DNA of 64,000 nt from Bacteroidota bacterium (GTDB lineage Bacteria > Bacteroidota > Bacteroidia > Chitinophagales > Chitinophagaceae), in the NCBI GenBank assembly GCA_018268105.1, contig JAFDXG010000108.1, positions 6,619 to 70,618 of the forward strand. Reading direction: 5' to 3'. The translations under genes were made by a program, and so were the position numbers. The notes under the pieces were generated by a model, which was not told where the DNA came from, did no database searches, and saw nothing but the letters and a program-made list of their open reading frames with translations. Of this stretch, positions 1 to 10,939 are shown piece after piece (within the stretch, counting starts at the first letter, position 1; each line of letters begins with the position of its first letter).

Positions 1-178
1 TTACCAACAATCCATTTCGAACGATGAATGGATTTCTGGCTGTCTTGCTCGTATCCAGTTCGGGTACGTCAATATGCCAGCCCTTTAAATCTTTTCCGTT
101 AAAAAGACTATGAGACTGCGCATCAGCAACAATATATAAAAGAAAGAAGGATATAACGAATAAATAAAACTTTTTCAT
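1..178 (-). CDS. DUF1080-like (3-keto-disaccharide hydrolase family) secreted protein; N-terminal fragment that runs off the window
   Basis: Hand translation from the ATG at 178 on the minus strand gives MKKFYLFVISFFLLYIVADAQSHSLFNGKDLKGWHIDVPELD...PFIVRNGLLV. A signal peptide is followed by the LFNGKDL.GW and V.NG.L pattern typical of DUF1080. Confidence 0.5.
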   Translation of the reverse strand, partial: MKKFYLFVISFFLLYIVADAQSHSLFNGKDLKGWHIDVPELDTSKTARNPFIVRNGLLV

Positions 179-284
179 ACTGGTAAATTGTGTATTGGGC
201 TTTCAAAGTTTATTTCAAACAATCTAACCTGCTATTTACAAAATATGGCGTTGCTAACAAGAAATAATAGATATACGATTTTTT

Positions 285-2615
285 TTATCCCTGTAGTTCA
301 TTCAGCACTTCTTCCAGATTCTCCACCAACTCATCTGCATTTTCTTTTGAAAACACCAATGGTGGTTTAATTTTTAAAACGTTATGTAGTGGTCCATCGG
401 TGCTTAGGAGAAATCCACGTTCTTTCATTTTTTCAACTACAATGTCTATTTCCGGTACAGCGGGTTCCAGAGTGATTCTGTCTTTTACCAATTCAACGCC
501 AATAAATAACCCATGCCCACGTACATCTCCAATAATTGGGAATTTATTCATCAATCTTTTAAAACCTTGTAATAAATGATTGCCGGTATCCTGTGCATTG
601 CGTTGCAATTCTTCTTCTTCAATAACTTTCAACACAGCAATACCTGTTTCCATAGACACCGGGTTGCCGCCAAATGTGTTGAAATATTCCATACCATTAT
701 TAAATGCATCAGCAATCTCAGCAGTAGTAATCACAGCAGCCAGCGGATGTCCATTACCAATGGGTTTCCCCAAAACCACTATATCCGGTGTTACTTCCTG
801 TAATTCAAAGCCCCAGAATTTTTCTCCCACTCTTCCAAAGCCAACCTGTACTTCGTCTGCAATACAAACTCCCCCGGCATCCCTTACATATTGATACGCT
901 TCTTTTAAATAATTTTCGGGCAGAGGTATTTGCCCGCCCACACCCAGCAGGGTTTCACAGATAAATGCAGCCGGTGCTTTGTTCTCTTCTTTTAGTGCAG
1001 TAATTATGCGTTGTACATCCTTGGCATATTTTGGTCCGGCATCTTTGTCGTTATACCTGAATTCGCCACGATATTGATCAGGGTTTTTGGCCTTATGAAT
1101 ATAAGGAGGCTGGGGAAATCCACCCCTGCCATCAAATTTATAGGGACTTAATTCTATTGCTACCGTAGATGTGCCATGATAGGCATGATCTAATACAATA
1201 ACATCTTTTTGCCTGGTGAAATGCCTGCTCATGCGAATGGCAAGATCATTGGCCTCGCTACCTGAATTAGTGAAATAGCATACCTTCAAATTGTTAGGTA
1301 AAGTAGCTGTAATTTTTTTGGCGAACTCCACAATGTTATCGTGCAGGTAACGGGTGTTGGTATTGAGAATAGCTATTTGCCTTTGCATTTCTTTTACAAC
1401 AGTAGGATGACAATGCCCTACATGGCTTACATTGTTTACACAATCAATATAGGTATTTCCTTTGTCGTCGTATAAATATTGCAAAGCGCTCCTGATGATT
1501 TTCAGGTTCTTTTTATAACTAATGCTTAGATTTTTTCCTATCAATTCTTTTCGTTCTATCAGCAAGTGTGAATAAGTATCTTGTTCATCTGTGACTGTTG
1601 GAAATCCGCAGGAAATACGAAATTCATTTTGCGCCTTTACAGGATTGATGCGAATGAGCTGAAAAAGTAAGTCCCATGCCGCTGCTTCGGTTACAAAATG
1701 ATGTGCATTATCACTGTTTAAGGAAGCATTGTAAGCCGAGTTAGTAACACTGATGCATAAACGCCCGGCTATCAGCCAGTATAATAAATCTGCTTCCTGC
1801 GGGGTTAAAGTATACTTTTCGTGATAGCCTTTTACTACCAACCCGGCAGCATGCAGTGGGTCAACTGTGTGCAACATGGCATACGTGCAGGCAACTGCAA
1901 GGTTATTGATTAATTGCGAATGAACCATATCACCAAAATCTATCAACCCGGTAATATCATCACCGGTTACCAATACGTTATAATCATTGGCATCGTTATG
2001 TATGTAAGCCGTGCGCAGTGATGATAAAAGCGGCATTACTTCTGTTTCAAACTGGAGCAAAAAATAAGCGACTATTCTTCTTCGCTCATGGTCTTTGATA
2101 TACTGCAGGTTTTTTTGTGCGTCCGGAGTTGTTTGTATATCCCAGGTATAGCGGCGGTGCATGGCAGGATGAGAAAAATTAACTAGGGCTTTGTCCATTA
2201 ATCCGAGAAAACTTCCCAGGTTGTACAGCAAAGAGTCACTGTGCATTTTTACATCAACCCAGAATGTTCCTTCGAGAAAACTGAGAACCCTGAGATAATA
2301 ATTTTTTCCATCAACAGCTATGGTGGTTAATTCACTGCCATCCTTATTAAGTAAATAATGCTGAAACTTGTCAGCTATATTGCTTTTAGCCAGGTGATTG
2401 ATGATTTTTACCTGTGCATCCAAAAATAAATAGCCATGTTCATCGGTGGCTATTTTAAGAATATATTTCTTTCCATCGTCTGCCGTAAGAAGATAATTCA
2501 ATTCGTCATAACCGTTTAGCAGAGTTGCCCGCGTATCAATAGCAAACAATTGATTTACCAAAACGGAAATTTGTTCTTCTGAAATATTCATATTAAGCAG
2601 AGTTTCTTCCTGCAT
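285..2615 (-). CDS. Fusion protein with an N-terminal aminoglycoside-phosphotransferase-like kinase domain and a C-terminal class-III PLP aminotransferase / phospho-lyase-like domain
   Basis: 776-aa ORF. The N-terminal half has APH/choline-kinase-type motifs ([16 protein letters not shown]). The C-terminal half is class-III aminotransferase-like ([33 protein letters not shown]). The start is either ATG 2615 (23-nt overlap with ppc) or ATG 2591 (1 nt after the ppc stop). Confidence 0.8.
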   Translation of the reverse strand: MQEETLLNMNISEEQISVLVNQLFAIDTRATLLNGYDELNYLLTADDGKKYILKIATDEHGYLFLDAQVKIINHLAKSNIADKFQHYLLNKDGSELTTIAVDGKNYYLRVLSFLEGTFWVDVKMHSDSLLYNLGSFLGLMDKALVNFSHPAMHRRYTWDIQTTPDAQKNLQYIKDHERRRIVAYFLLQFETEVMPLLSSLRTAYIHNDANDYNVLVTGDDITGLIDFGDMVHSQLINNLAVACTYAMLHTVDPLHAAGLVVKGYHEKYTLTPQEADLLYWLIAGRLCISVTNSAYNASLNSDNAHHFVTEAAAWDLLFQLIRINPVKAQNEFRISCGFPTVTDEQDTYSHLLIERKELIGKNLSISYKKNLKIIRSALQYLYDDKGNTYIDCVNNVSHVGHCHPTVVKEMQRQIAILNTNTRYLHDNIVEFAKKITATLPNNLKVCYFTNSGSEANDLAIRMSRHFTRQKDVIVLDHAYHGTSTVAIELSPYKFDGRGGFPQPPYIHKAKNPDQYRGEFRYNDKDAGPKYAKDVQRIITALKEENKAPAAFICETLLGVGGQIPLPENYLKEAYQYVRDAGGVCIADEVQVGFGRVGEKFWGFELQEVTPDIVVLGKPIGNGHPLAAVITTAEIADAFNNGMEYFNTFGGNPVSMETGIAVLKVIEEEELQRNAQDTGNHLLQGFKRLMNKFPIIGDVRGHGLFIGVELVKDRITLEPAVPEIDIVVEKMKERGFLLSTDGPLHNVLKIKPPLVFSKENADELVENLEEVLNELQG

Positions 2616-5172
2616 TAATGATTCCGAATGAACAACGCATCACCAGTTTTTCATAAGTTTCTTTATGCGAAGATTGCAAGGCAGTTCCTTCCATTTCGCG
2701 TACCTTGGTTATAGCATATTGCTGAATGGTTACCAGCGGCAATACAATCCTTTCTCTCATTTGTACAGAAAGTTGTTCTACCGGGTAATCAGCCATTAGT
2801 TCATTTTTGCCAGTAAGTTTGAATATATATGTTTTTGTCAGTTCGTATTCTTCAAACATTTTATTCCAAATCTTACCATATACAGGGTGTGATGATAAAA
2901 ACCTGGTCAATGGGAAAAAGCTTTTCTTCATTGACATTTCGCAGTTTCCAATAAGGGTTTTGAAGAAAGTGGAATGATCATAAAGTTGTTTTATTTCATT
3001 CCATCGGCCCTTTTCATCCATTTGCCTGAAAGCGGTTCCCACGCCATAGTAACCGGTTACATTTTGTTTAAGCTGGCTCCAGGATCCTACAAAAGGAATA
3101 GCCCGCAAATTTTCCAACAATAATTTTTCAGATCCGCCGCGTTTTGCAGGACGGCTTCCAATATTGGTAGCGGCATAAAATTGCAACGGACTTGCATGTC
3201 TCAGGTATTCTAAAAAGTCAGGATGGTTTTTTAATTCCATATAGGCATCAAAACTGATTACTGACATTTGCTGAATCAGTTCTTTTTGTGCATCATCCAG
3301 GGTTAGGCGCTGTGAAGCAAAGAGATCGTTGGATATTCCGGCATTGATAAGTTGTTCAATATTGTACTGGGCTGAATCTATAGTGCCGAAATTGGAACTT
3401 ACGGTTTGTCCCTGGATAGTAAGCTGAATCTCTTCATTAGCAATGTTTTTGCCCAGCGATGCATAAAATTTATGTGTTTTTCCACCACCGCGTGCAGGAG
3501 GTCCGCCACGGCCGTCAAAGAAGGAAACATTCACTCCGTATTTTCTTGATACCAGGGTGAGTTCTTCTTTAGCTTTGTATATACTCCAGTTTGCCATCAG
3601 GTATCCGCCATCTTTGGTTCCATCTGAGAAACCAAGCATTATAGTTTGTTTATTTTTTCTGCGTTCAAGATGAGCCCTGTATTCAGGCAAAGCATAAAGT
3701 TCTTCCATTATAGCTGCTGCCTGCTTTAGGTCGTCAATCGTTTCAAAAAGTGGCACAATATCAATACACAAATTTTCTGCTTTCCATCCGCTCATTAAAA
3801 GCAAACCATAAACTTCCATTGCATTCAATGCATTGTTGCAGTGGCTGATGATATACCGGTCGCAACCATATTCTCCATTGGCGGCTTGTATTTGTTTTAT
3901 AGCAGCCATAACACAGAGGGTATCCTTATGCACATCATTCGCTAAAATTTCCGGGGCAACCGTTGTTTTAATTCTTGCAAGTAATTGTATTTTTTCACTA
4001 TTGCTAAGTGAAGTATAATGGTCGGGCAATGCGCTTGAATGTTTTGCAATTTCTTCCATTATCGAAGTATGCACCGAACTGTCCTGTCTTATATCAAGGG
4101 AAGCAAAATACAATCCGAATATTTCTACTTTATTGATAAGCGTTTCCACCATATCAAGAAAAAGTCCGCCATGCTGTGTTATCAGGATTTTCCGGATATT
4201 ATTCAGTGTTTCCAGTATTTCAGACCGGGTAAGATCACTGACATGACCAGGAACAAATACATTATTATAAAGTTTAGTTTCCAGTTCCTGTATCAGGGTA
4301 TCCACACCTTTAAATGTTAACCTGCGTTTAAGCCTTCTTACATCAAGATAGTAGCATTTTAATATACTTTCACGCAATGCCCCGCTGACTTTATAAGTAG
4401 TGGGAGTTTTCACAAACGGGTTGCCGTCCCTGTCGCCACCCGGCCAAAAACCCATTCTTATGATAGGATGTTCTTCAGAAATAGCTTCAGGCATATTGGT
4501 CTTCATAAACGAAACTATTCTTCCGGCAGCATGATAAAACACATTTTCCAGGTACCAGATAAGACTTATGGCTTCATCATAAGGGGTTGGTTTCTGCTTT
4601 TTGAAGAACGGTGTTTTCCCCAACTGTTGCAGATACATATTGATATTGTTGATATTGTTTTCTGCAATAGCTCTCGCCAGGTCGTATATTATCCCCAATA
4701 CAGCGCCGGGATAGAATTGAGTAGGATGTGCCGTAAGTACAAGGCGTATATTAAATCTTTCAGATTTTTTTTTCAGTTCACCATCTTTATCAAACTGGAC
4801 AACTTCGGATTGCAGGTTTTTGAGCGTACCGGGACCTGTCATATCATTTACGGTAGTAAAAGCGGCGTCTTCAAGCGCATCAAATAACACTACCTGTCTT
4901 TCTACATATTGCACAAAACGAAACAGCAGGTCAAGTTTTTCGTCCTCCTTAGTATAAGAAGTATATCTGCTGAAAAAATCTTCAATAATTTGCTCAGGAC
5001 TGAGGCTGTGATCATAGCCTTCTTCGCAGTTATTGAGTAACATGGCAAGGAGTACTCCTGTCTTTTCAATACGATGAAATGGCAGTGAAGTAAAGAGACT
5101 ATTATACAATTGAAATTTACGTCCTACAAGGTTTTGAAATTGTGTGAGCGCAGCAGTAGATGAACTCGGCAT
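2593..5172 (-). CDS. ppc: Phosphoenolpyruvate carboxylase
   Basis: 859 aa. PEPC signatures VLTAHPTQFYPG and FDGRGGPPARGGG are present, and the length and layout are typical of bacterial PEPC. Confidence 0.95.
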   Translation of the reverse strand: MPSSSTAALTQFQNLVGRKFQLYNSLFTSLPFHRIEKTGVLLAMLLNNCEEGYDHSLSPEQIIEDFFSRYTSYTKEDEKLDLLFRFVQYVERQVVLFDALEDAAFTTVNDMTGPGTLKNLQSEVVQFDKDGELKKKSERFNIRLVLTAHPTQFYPGAVLGIIYDLARAIAENNINNINMYLQQLGKTPFFKKQKPTPYDEAISLIWYLENVFYHAAGRIVSFMKTNMPEAISEEHPIIRMGFWPGGDRDGNPFVKTPTTYKVSGALRESILKCYYLDVRRLKRRLTFKGVDTLIQELETKLYNNVFVPGHVSDLTRSEILETLNNIRKILITQHGGLFLDMVETLINKVEIFGLYFASLDIRQDSSVHTSIMEEIAKHSSALPDHYTSLSNSEKIQLLARIKTTVAPEILANDVHKDTLCVMAAIKQIQAANGEYGCDRYIISHCNNALNAMEVYGLLLMSGWKAENLCIDIVPLFETIDDLKQAAAIMEELYALPEYRAHLERRKNKQTIMLGFSDGTKDGGYLMANWSIYKAKEELTLVSRKYGVNVSFFDGRGGPPARGGGKTHKFYASLGKNIANEEIQLTIQGQTVSSNFGTIDSAQYNIEQLINAGISNDLFASQRLTLDDAQKELIQQMSVISFDAYMELKNHPDFLEYLRHASPLQFYAATNIGSRPAKRGGSEKLLLENLRAIPFVGSWSQLKQNVTGYYGVGTAFRQMDEKGRWNEIKQLYDHSTFFKTLIGNCEMSMKKSFFPLTRFLSSHPVYGKIWNKMFEEYELTKTYIFKLTGKNELMADYPVEQLSVQMRERIVLPLVTIQQYAITKVREMEGTALQSSHKETYEKLVMRCSFGIINAGRNSA

Positions 5173-5359
5173 GTCTTTTAATTCCTGGTTTAATGCTTAA
5201 TATAATGAACGGTTACCTGTAACAGCCCTGGCGGCATATAAATTATATATCATGAGGCTGGTAAAACCGGCGTGAAATTAGTCAAAAAAAAAGGAAATAT
5301 ATTTCAGGGTGATTATTTTGCAAATGAATAAATCTGTTTTAACTTCGACGCCGAAAAAA

Positions 5360-5458
5360 ATGACAGATCAATTTTTACATATCCCGTCTTCAATAATTGC
5401 TTCATCCCCTGAAGCTAACGGTATTATTACCACCACAACAACCACAACCCTCGGTTGA
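5360..5458 (+). promoter_or_regulatory. Putative thr operon leader peptide ORF (32 codons with 2 Ile and 7 consecutive Thr codons)
   Basis: Hand translation gives MTDQFLHIPSSIIASSPEANGIITTTTTTTLG*. It lies 96 nt upstream of thrA. The run is ATT ATT ACC ACC ACA ACA ACC ACA ACC. Hairpins lie at 5399-5415 and 5447-5462, the second overlapping the stop codon. Confidence 0.6.
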
Positions 5459-5553
5459 GGGTAATATTCACGTATATAAACCATTGGGCAAAAGCTATAA
5501 TTATCTGAAAAGATAAACAGACAGGTATTACAAAAACTCTCAAAAGAATAAAT

Positions 5554-7998
5554 ATGCAGGTGTTGAAATTCGGTGGTACTTCAGTAGGAAGCGCCGATAA
5601 TATCAGGAAGGTTATTGAAATTGTAAAAGGAAAAATAGAAAAAGACAATACCACCATAGTGGTAGTATCTGCGCTTGGCGGCACTACAGATGCTTTGCTG
5701 AATGCAGGTTCCCTGGCTGCACAGGGAAATGAACAATATAAAGATGAGTTACAGCGCATCGAACACCGGCATCTGGAAACGGTAAAGCAACTGATACCTG
5801 TGCAGCAGCAAAGCAGTATGCTTAGCCAGGTAAAGAAAATGTGCAACGAAATAGAAGATATTTGTAATGGCGTTTTTTTACTGGGAGAATTCTCGCTCCG
5901 CACCCGCGACCGCATTTTAAGCTATGGTGAGCTAATGTCCTCGCATATCATCATGGCGGCATTCAACAGTGCAGGTATTCCCGCAGTCTGGAAAGATTCA
6001 CGAAAACTCATTCAAACCGATAGCCGTTTTGGAAATGCTGTTGTGAATATGGAAGCCACCCGTAAGCAGACTGAAGACAGCTTTTCTTCCTGTAAAGACA
6101 ATTTAGTAATTGTGCCTGGCTTTATTGCATCCAATAACGATAATGAAACTACTACGCTTGGACGCGGTGGTTCTGACTATTCGGCGGCAATACTGGCAGC
6201 ATCTGCCGGAGCCCGTAGGGTAGAAATATGGACAGATGTGCCTGGCATGATGACTGCAGATCCCCGCTGGGTGAGCGGCGCTAAAGTAATTCCGTCTATT
6301 TCATATCAGGAAGCCATGGAACTATCGCATTTCGGTGCGAAAGTGTTGTATCCGCCTACCATACAGCCTGTTTTGAGTAAAGGCATACCGGTAGTCATCA
6401 AAAATACTTTTCATCCCGGTGATGCCGGTACTGTTATTACAAGTCAGCCTACCACTGATGGTAATGCCATTATGGGTATTTCCAGTATCAGTAATCTGGC
6501 ACTGCTCAGTCTTGAAGGTAGCGGTATGATAGGAGTACCCGGGTTTTCAAGACGTTTATTTGAAGCGCTGTCACGCGAAGGGATAAACGTAATACTCATC
6601 ACCCAGGGATCTTCGGAACATTCCATCTGTGTAGGTATTGAATCAGCTTCGGCGCAAAAAGCAAAAGAAGTGGTGGATGCTGCTTTTGCTGATGAAATCC
6701 TGATGGAAAAAGTGCAACCGCTTAAAATGGAGACCGATCTGGCTATTGTTGCCCTGGTGGGGGAGAATATGAAAAGTCACCCGGGTATAAGCGGGAAGAT
6801 GTTTGGAGCTTTGGGAAGGAATGGTGTAAACGTTCGTGCTATTGCACAGGGATCTTCCGAAAGGAATATCACTGCTGTGGTATCGGCCAAAGATGTGCGC
6901 AAAGCAATTAATGCACTGCATGAAGAGTTTTTTGAAACAGCCTACAAGCAAATTCACCTGTTCATTGCCGGCACTGGCAATGTTGGGAGTAAGCTTATTG
7001 GTCAGTTGCAGCAACAACAAACCTGGCTCGCAGATCATATGAGATTACACGTTAAAGTGGTAGGGCTGGCAAATAGTAAAAAAATGGTTATTGACGATGA
7101 AGGTATTGATTTCAATCGCTGGCAGGAAAAACTGCATTCCGGGGAATCTGCGAATATCAATGATTTTGTAAATATCATTATCGGCAAAAACCTGAGCAAT
7201 ACTATTTTCATTGATGTAACGGCAAGCGATGTGGTGGCCAAAGTATACGACACCCTGTTGCAGAAAAGTATTTCGGTTGTGGCCTGTAATAAAGTGGCAA
7301 GCTCTTCTTCATTTTTATATTACAGAAAGCTGAAAGACCTTGCAAGGGAATTTAACAGTCAATACCTGTTTGAAACTAATGTAGGGGCAGCGTTACCTGT
7401 TATCGGTACACTGAATGACCTTATGCGGAGTGGGGATAAGATAAATCGTATTGATGCGGTATTAAGTGGAACGCTCAATTTTGTATTCAACAATTATGAT
7501 GGTAAAAAACCCTTTGCAGATATTGTTAAACAAGCTCAGGAGGAAGGATATACCGAACCCGACCCGCGACTTGATTTGAGTGGTACCGATGTAATGAGAA
7601 AAATATTGATCCTTGCAAGGGAATCAGGTGCACAAATGGAAATGGAAGATATTGTATGTAATGGGTTTCTTCCAGAAAGCTGTATGACAGGGGATGTGCC
7701 TGCATTTTATGCAGAAATGAAAAAACATGAGCAACATTTTAAGTCGCTATTTGACAATGCGACTGCAAAAAACTGTAAGCTTAAATTTGTGGCTAAATAT
7801 GAAAATGGTAATGCAATGGTAGGGCTGGAGCATATTCCTCCGGAGCATGACCTGTACCATCTGTATGGAAAAGATAATGTAGTGCTGTTTTATACAGAGA
7901 GGTATCCTTTGCAGCCATTGGTGATAAAAGGCGCCGGGGCCGGTGCAGATGTTACAGCATCTGGTGTTTTTGCTGATATAATCAGAGCTACGGCCTGA
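5554..7998 (+). CDS. thrA: Bifunctional aspartokinase / homoserine dehydrogenase
   Basis: 814 aa. The N-terminus has the aspartokinase motif (KFGGTSVGS), followed by a central ACT-like region and a C-terminal homoserine dehydrogenase (IAGTGNVGS Rossmann motif). thrB and thrC follow. Confidence 0.95.
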   Translation: MQVLKFGGTSVGSADNIRKVIEIVKGKIEKDNTTIVVVSALGGTTDALLNAGSLAAQGNEQYKDELQRIEHRHLETVKQLIPVQQQSSMLSQVKKMCNEIEDICNGVFLLGEFSLRTRDRILSYGELMSSHIIMAAFNSAGIPAVWKDSRKLIQTDSRFGNAVVNMEATRKQTEDSFSSCKDNLVIVPGFIASNNDNETTTLGRGGSDYSAAILAASAGARRVEIWTDVPGMMTADPRWVSGAKVIPSISYQEAMELSHFGAKVLYPPTIQPVLSKGIPVVIKNTFHPGDAGTVITSQPTTDGNAIMGISSISNLALLSLEGSGMIGVPGFSRRLFEALSREGINVILITQGSSEHSICVGIESASAQKAKEVVDAAFADEILMEKVQPLKMETDLAIVALVGENMKSHPGISGKMFGALGRNGVNVRAIAQGSSERNITAVVSAKDVRKAINALHEEFFETAYKQIHLFIAGTGNVGSKLIGQLQQQQTWLADHMRLHVKVVGLANSKKMVIDDEGIDFNRWQEKLHSGESANINDFVNIIIGKNLSNTIFIDVTASDVVAKVYDTLLQKSISVVACNKVASSSSFLYYRKLKDLAREFNSQYLFETNVGAALPVIGTLNDLMRSGDKINRIDAVLSGTLNFVFNNYDGKKPFADIVKQAQEEGYTEPDPRLDLSGTDVMRKILILARESGAQMEMEDIVCNGFLPESCMTGDVPAFYAEMKKHEQHFKSLFDNATAKNCKLKFVAKYENGNAMVGLEHIPPEHDLYHLYGKDNVVLFYTERYPLQPLVIKGAGAGADVTASGVFADIIRATA

Positions 7999-8087
7999 GA
8001 ATAAAAATGGTATTAGGGGGAAGGTATATGAGGAAGGGCTAAAATATAAAGGACTAACCCTACTCCATACACCCAAAAACAACGAAT

Positions 8088-9071
8088 ATGGAAAATGAAT
8101 TATCTGTATCTCTATCTGCAACTAATATAAAGGAGGCAATTGATTCGGCCTGGGGAAAGCAATGTACTGTTCATGCACCGGGTACTGTTGCAAATTTGGT
8201 TTGTGGCTTCGATATACTCGGATTAGCACTGAATGATCCGAGTGATATAATGACCATAAAGCTGATAGATAAACCTGAGGTAATCATACATAATATTGAT
8301 GAGTTTAATTTGCCAACCGATCCGAAAAAGAATGTTGCCGGTGTTCCTTTACTTGATATGATTGAGCGGCTTGACAACCAGGCTGGTTTTGAAATAAGGA
8401 TTGAAAAGAAAATTAAACCTGGTAGTGGTCTCGGATCGAGTGCTGCAAGTGCCGCGGGTGGTGTTGTTGCTGCTAATCATTTGCTGGGAAATCTTTTTTC
8501 CCGCAACGACCTGGTGCAGATGGCTATGCTGGGTGAAAGGCTGGCTTCAGGAGTCAAGCATGCCGATAATATAGCTCCATGTATTATGGGAGGTGTTACA
8601 CTTATCCGAAGCATTCTTCCGCTTGATATAATCAGTATACCTTCTCCACCATTATATGTTACCATTGTGCATCCGCAGATTGAAGTGCGCACAGAAGATG
8701 CAAGACAGATATTAAGAAAACAAATACTACTCAAAGATGCCATAAAGCAATGGGGAAATATTGCGGGGCTGGTCGCTGGTTTAATGAAAGGCGATTATGA
8801 ACTGATCAGCCGTTCTCTTGAAGACGTACTGATAGAACCGGTGAGAAGTATATTGATTCCTGCATTTGCCGAAGTAAAGTACAGGTGTATTGAAGCAGGT
8901 GCAATGGGCGGTGGAATTTCAGGGTCGGGTCCTTCAATATTTATGCTAAGTCGGGATGAAACTACTGCATATAAAGTAGAAGATGCTATGAAGAAAGTGT
9001 ATGCAGATACCAACATCAGTTTTTATACCTATGTTACTACCGTAAATACAAGTGGTGTAAAATTTGTGTAA
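8088..9071 (+). CDS. thrB: Homoserine kinase
   Basis: 327 aa. The GHMP kinase motif PGSGLGSSAASAAG is present, and the gene sits between thrA and thrC. Confidence 0.9.
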   Translation: MENELSVSLSATNIKEAIDSAWGKQCTVHAPGTVANLVCGFDILGLALNDPSDIMTIKLIDKPEVIIHNIDEFNLPTDPKKNVAGVPLLDMIERLDNQAGFEIRIEKKIKPGSGLGSSAASAAGGVVAANHLLGNLFSRNDLVQMAMLGERLASGVKHADNIAPCIMGGVTLIRSILPLDIISIPSPPLYVTIVHPQIEVRTEDARQILRKQILLKDAIKQWGNIAGLVAGLMKGDYELISRSLEDVLIEPVRSILIPAFAEVKYRCIEAGAMGGGISGSGPSIFMLSRDETTAYKVEDAMKKVYADTNISFYTYVTTVNTSGVKFV

Positions 9072-9131
9072 TGAAAAAAAATATTATGCCCGAAAATTTC
9101 TCTACCTGTAACAGTATCTATTTTTTATACT

Positions 9132-10430
9132 ATGAAGTTTTTTAGTTTAAATAAACAGGCGCCGGAAGTAAGTTTCAAAGAAGCGACTATACAGGGACAG
9201 GCGCCTGATAAGGGATTGTATTTCCCGAAGTACCTGCCACAGTTTGATAAGAAATGGATTGATGATATCACTGATAAAAGCAACGAAGAAATTGCTATAG
9301 ATGTTATCAGTCCTTATGCCAGTGATGATATTCCGGAAGCTGAATTACAAAAGATCGTAAAAGAAACGATAGATTTTCCTATCCCACTGGTACAAATAAA
9401 CGATCGTATTTTTTCTTTGGAATTATTTCATGGGCCTACATTAGCCTTTAAAGATGTAGGGGCAAGGTTTATGAGTCGCTGTCTTGGTTATTTTGCAAAA
9501 GAAAGAAGTGAAAAAATAACGGTGCTGGTGGCTACCTCCGGAGATACCGGTGGAGCGGTGGCAAATGGATTTTATAATGTGGAAGGGGTAGAAGTAGTTA
9601 TACTTTATCCTTCCGGCAAAGTAAGCTCTGTTCAGGAAAAACAGCTTACTACCCTGGGCAAAAATATACATGCGTTGGAAGTAAACGGCAGTTTTGACGA
9701 TTGCCAGCAATTGGTAAAGCGTGCTTTTGCAGACGCCCAACTGACATCAAAGATATTTCTTACTTCGGCCAATTCTATTAATGTTGCCCGCTGGTTGCCG
9801 CAACAGTTTTATTATTTTTTTGCTTACAAGCATTGGGTAAATAAATCGCATCCACCGGTATTTTGTGTGCCAAGCGGTAATTTCGGCAATATCTGTGCCG
9901 GCATGCTTGCCCATATTTCAGGATTGCCGGTACAGCATTTTATTGCCGCCTGCAATGCTAATAACGTAGTACCACGTTTCCTGCAGTCCGGCGTTTATGA
10001 CGTACAGCCCGCTATACCTACATTATCTAATGCAATGGACGTTGGAAACCCGAGTAATTTTGTGCGGATTCTTGAACTGTTCAGTCATCAGTTCCCGCAA
10101 TTAAAAAATGTACTTACCGGATTTACTATTACTGATACTGAAACCCGAGATACAATTCGGGCAGTTAAGGAACAGGAAGGATATCTGCTTGATCCGCATG
10201 GTGCCGTTGGTTACCTGGCATTGCAAAGATATCTTACTGAACATCCCGGGTTAAAAGGGATTTTCCTGGAAACGGCACATCCGGTGAAGTTTTATGATGT
10301 GGTAGAGCCGGTAATTGATGAAGCTATTCCTGTGCCACCCTCTATTCAGCAGATATTACCCCTCCCGAAACATAGCACTGAAATTGAAGTAGATTATGAT
10401 GTATTGAAAGAATATTTGATCAAGAAATAA
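9132..10430 (+). CDS. thrC: Threonine synthase
   Basis: 432 aa. It has the PLP-lysine context GPTLAFKDVG and the SGDTGGA motif, and it is the last gene of the thr operon. Confidence 0.93.
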   Translation: MKFFSLNKQAPEVSFKEATIQGQAPDKGLYFPKYLPQFDKKWIDDITDKSNEEIAIDVISPYASDDIPEAELQKIVKETIDFPIPLVQINDRIFSLELFHGPTLAFKDVGARFMSRCLGYFAKERSEKITVLVATSGDTGGAVANGFYNVEGVEVVILYPSGKVSSVQEKQLTTLGKNIHALEVNGSFDDCQQLVKRAFADAQLTSKIFLTSANSINVARWLPQQFYYFFAYKHWVNKSHPPVFCVPSGNFGNICAGMLAHISGLPVQHFIAACNANNVVPRFLQSGVYDVQPAIPTLSNAMDVGNPSNFVRILELFSHQFPQLKNVLTGFTITDTETRDTIRAVKEQEGYLLDPHGAVGYLALQRYLTEHPGLKGIFLETAHPVKFYDVVEPVIDEAIPVPPSIQQILPLPKHSTEIEVDYDVLKEYLIKK

Positions 10431-10939
10431 AGGTTTCTTTTATTAGGTTAACTGTACAGATACAAAAATGTGAAAGGTAAAATGTGAATGTATAAAAGAG
10501 GAATATTTATCATTTCAGAGCCTAATTCCGTAATAATTTAGCAGTCATATTAATCTAAACGTTTTTTTAATTGTTTATGCAACCTTTTTTAATCATCTCT
10601 CATCTTTTAGGCGTTGAGTGCTCAATCTTACTATCACACTGAGCAATGTCTTTTTTAATTCGGTAAAGCTGACAAACGTACACCTTATCCGTTTTTCCCT
10701 TTTTGTAAATAGTACTCTGATTTGACGGTAAACATTATATGAAAATGTTTGTATCGGCCGTGCTTATTATGTATCTGGGATCCCTGGAAACAATCCGCAT
10801 GGTATAGGGCTGGGATATTCCTGTTCCTGCTCTTATACCTATGCTTTAAAGCGGAATCGCACATGTGAAAACATCTGAGAACCACGTATCCAATTATCTA
10901 TGCAAAGACCACTTTTTATTGTATTTCGGAATGAAATAA

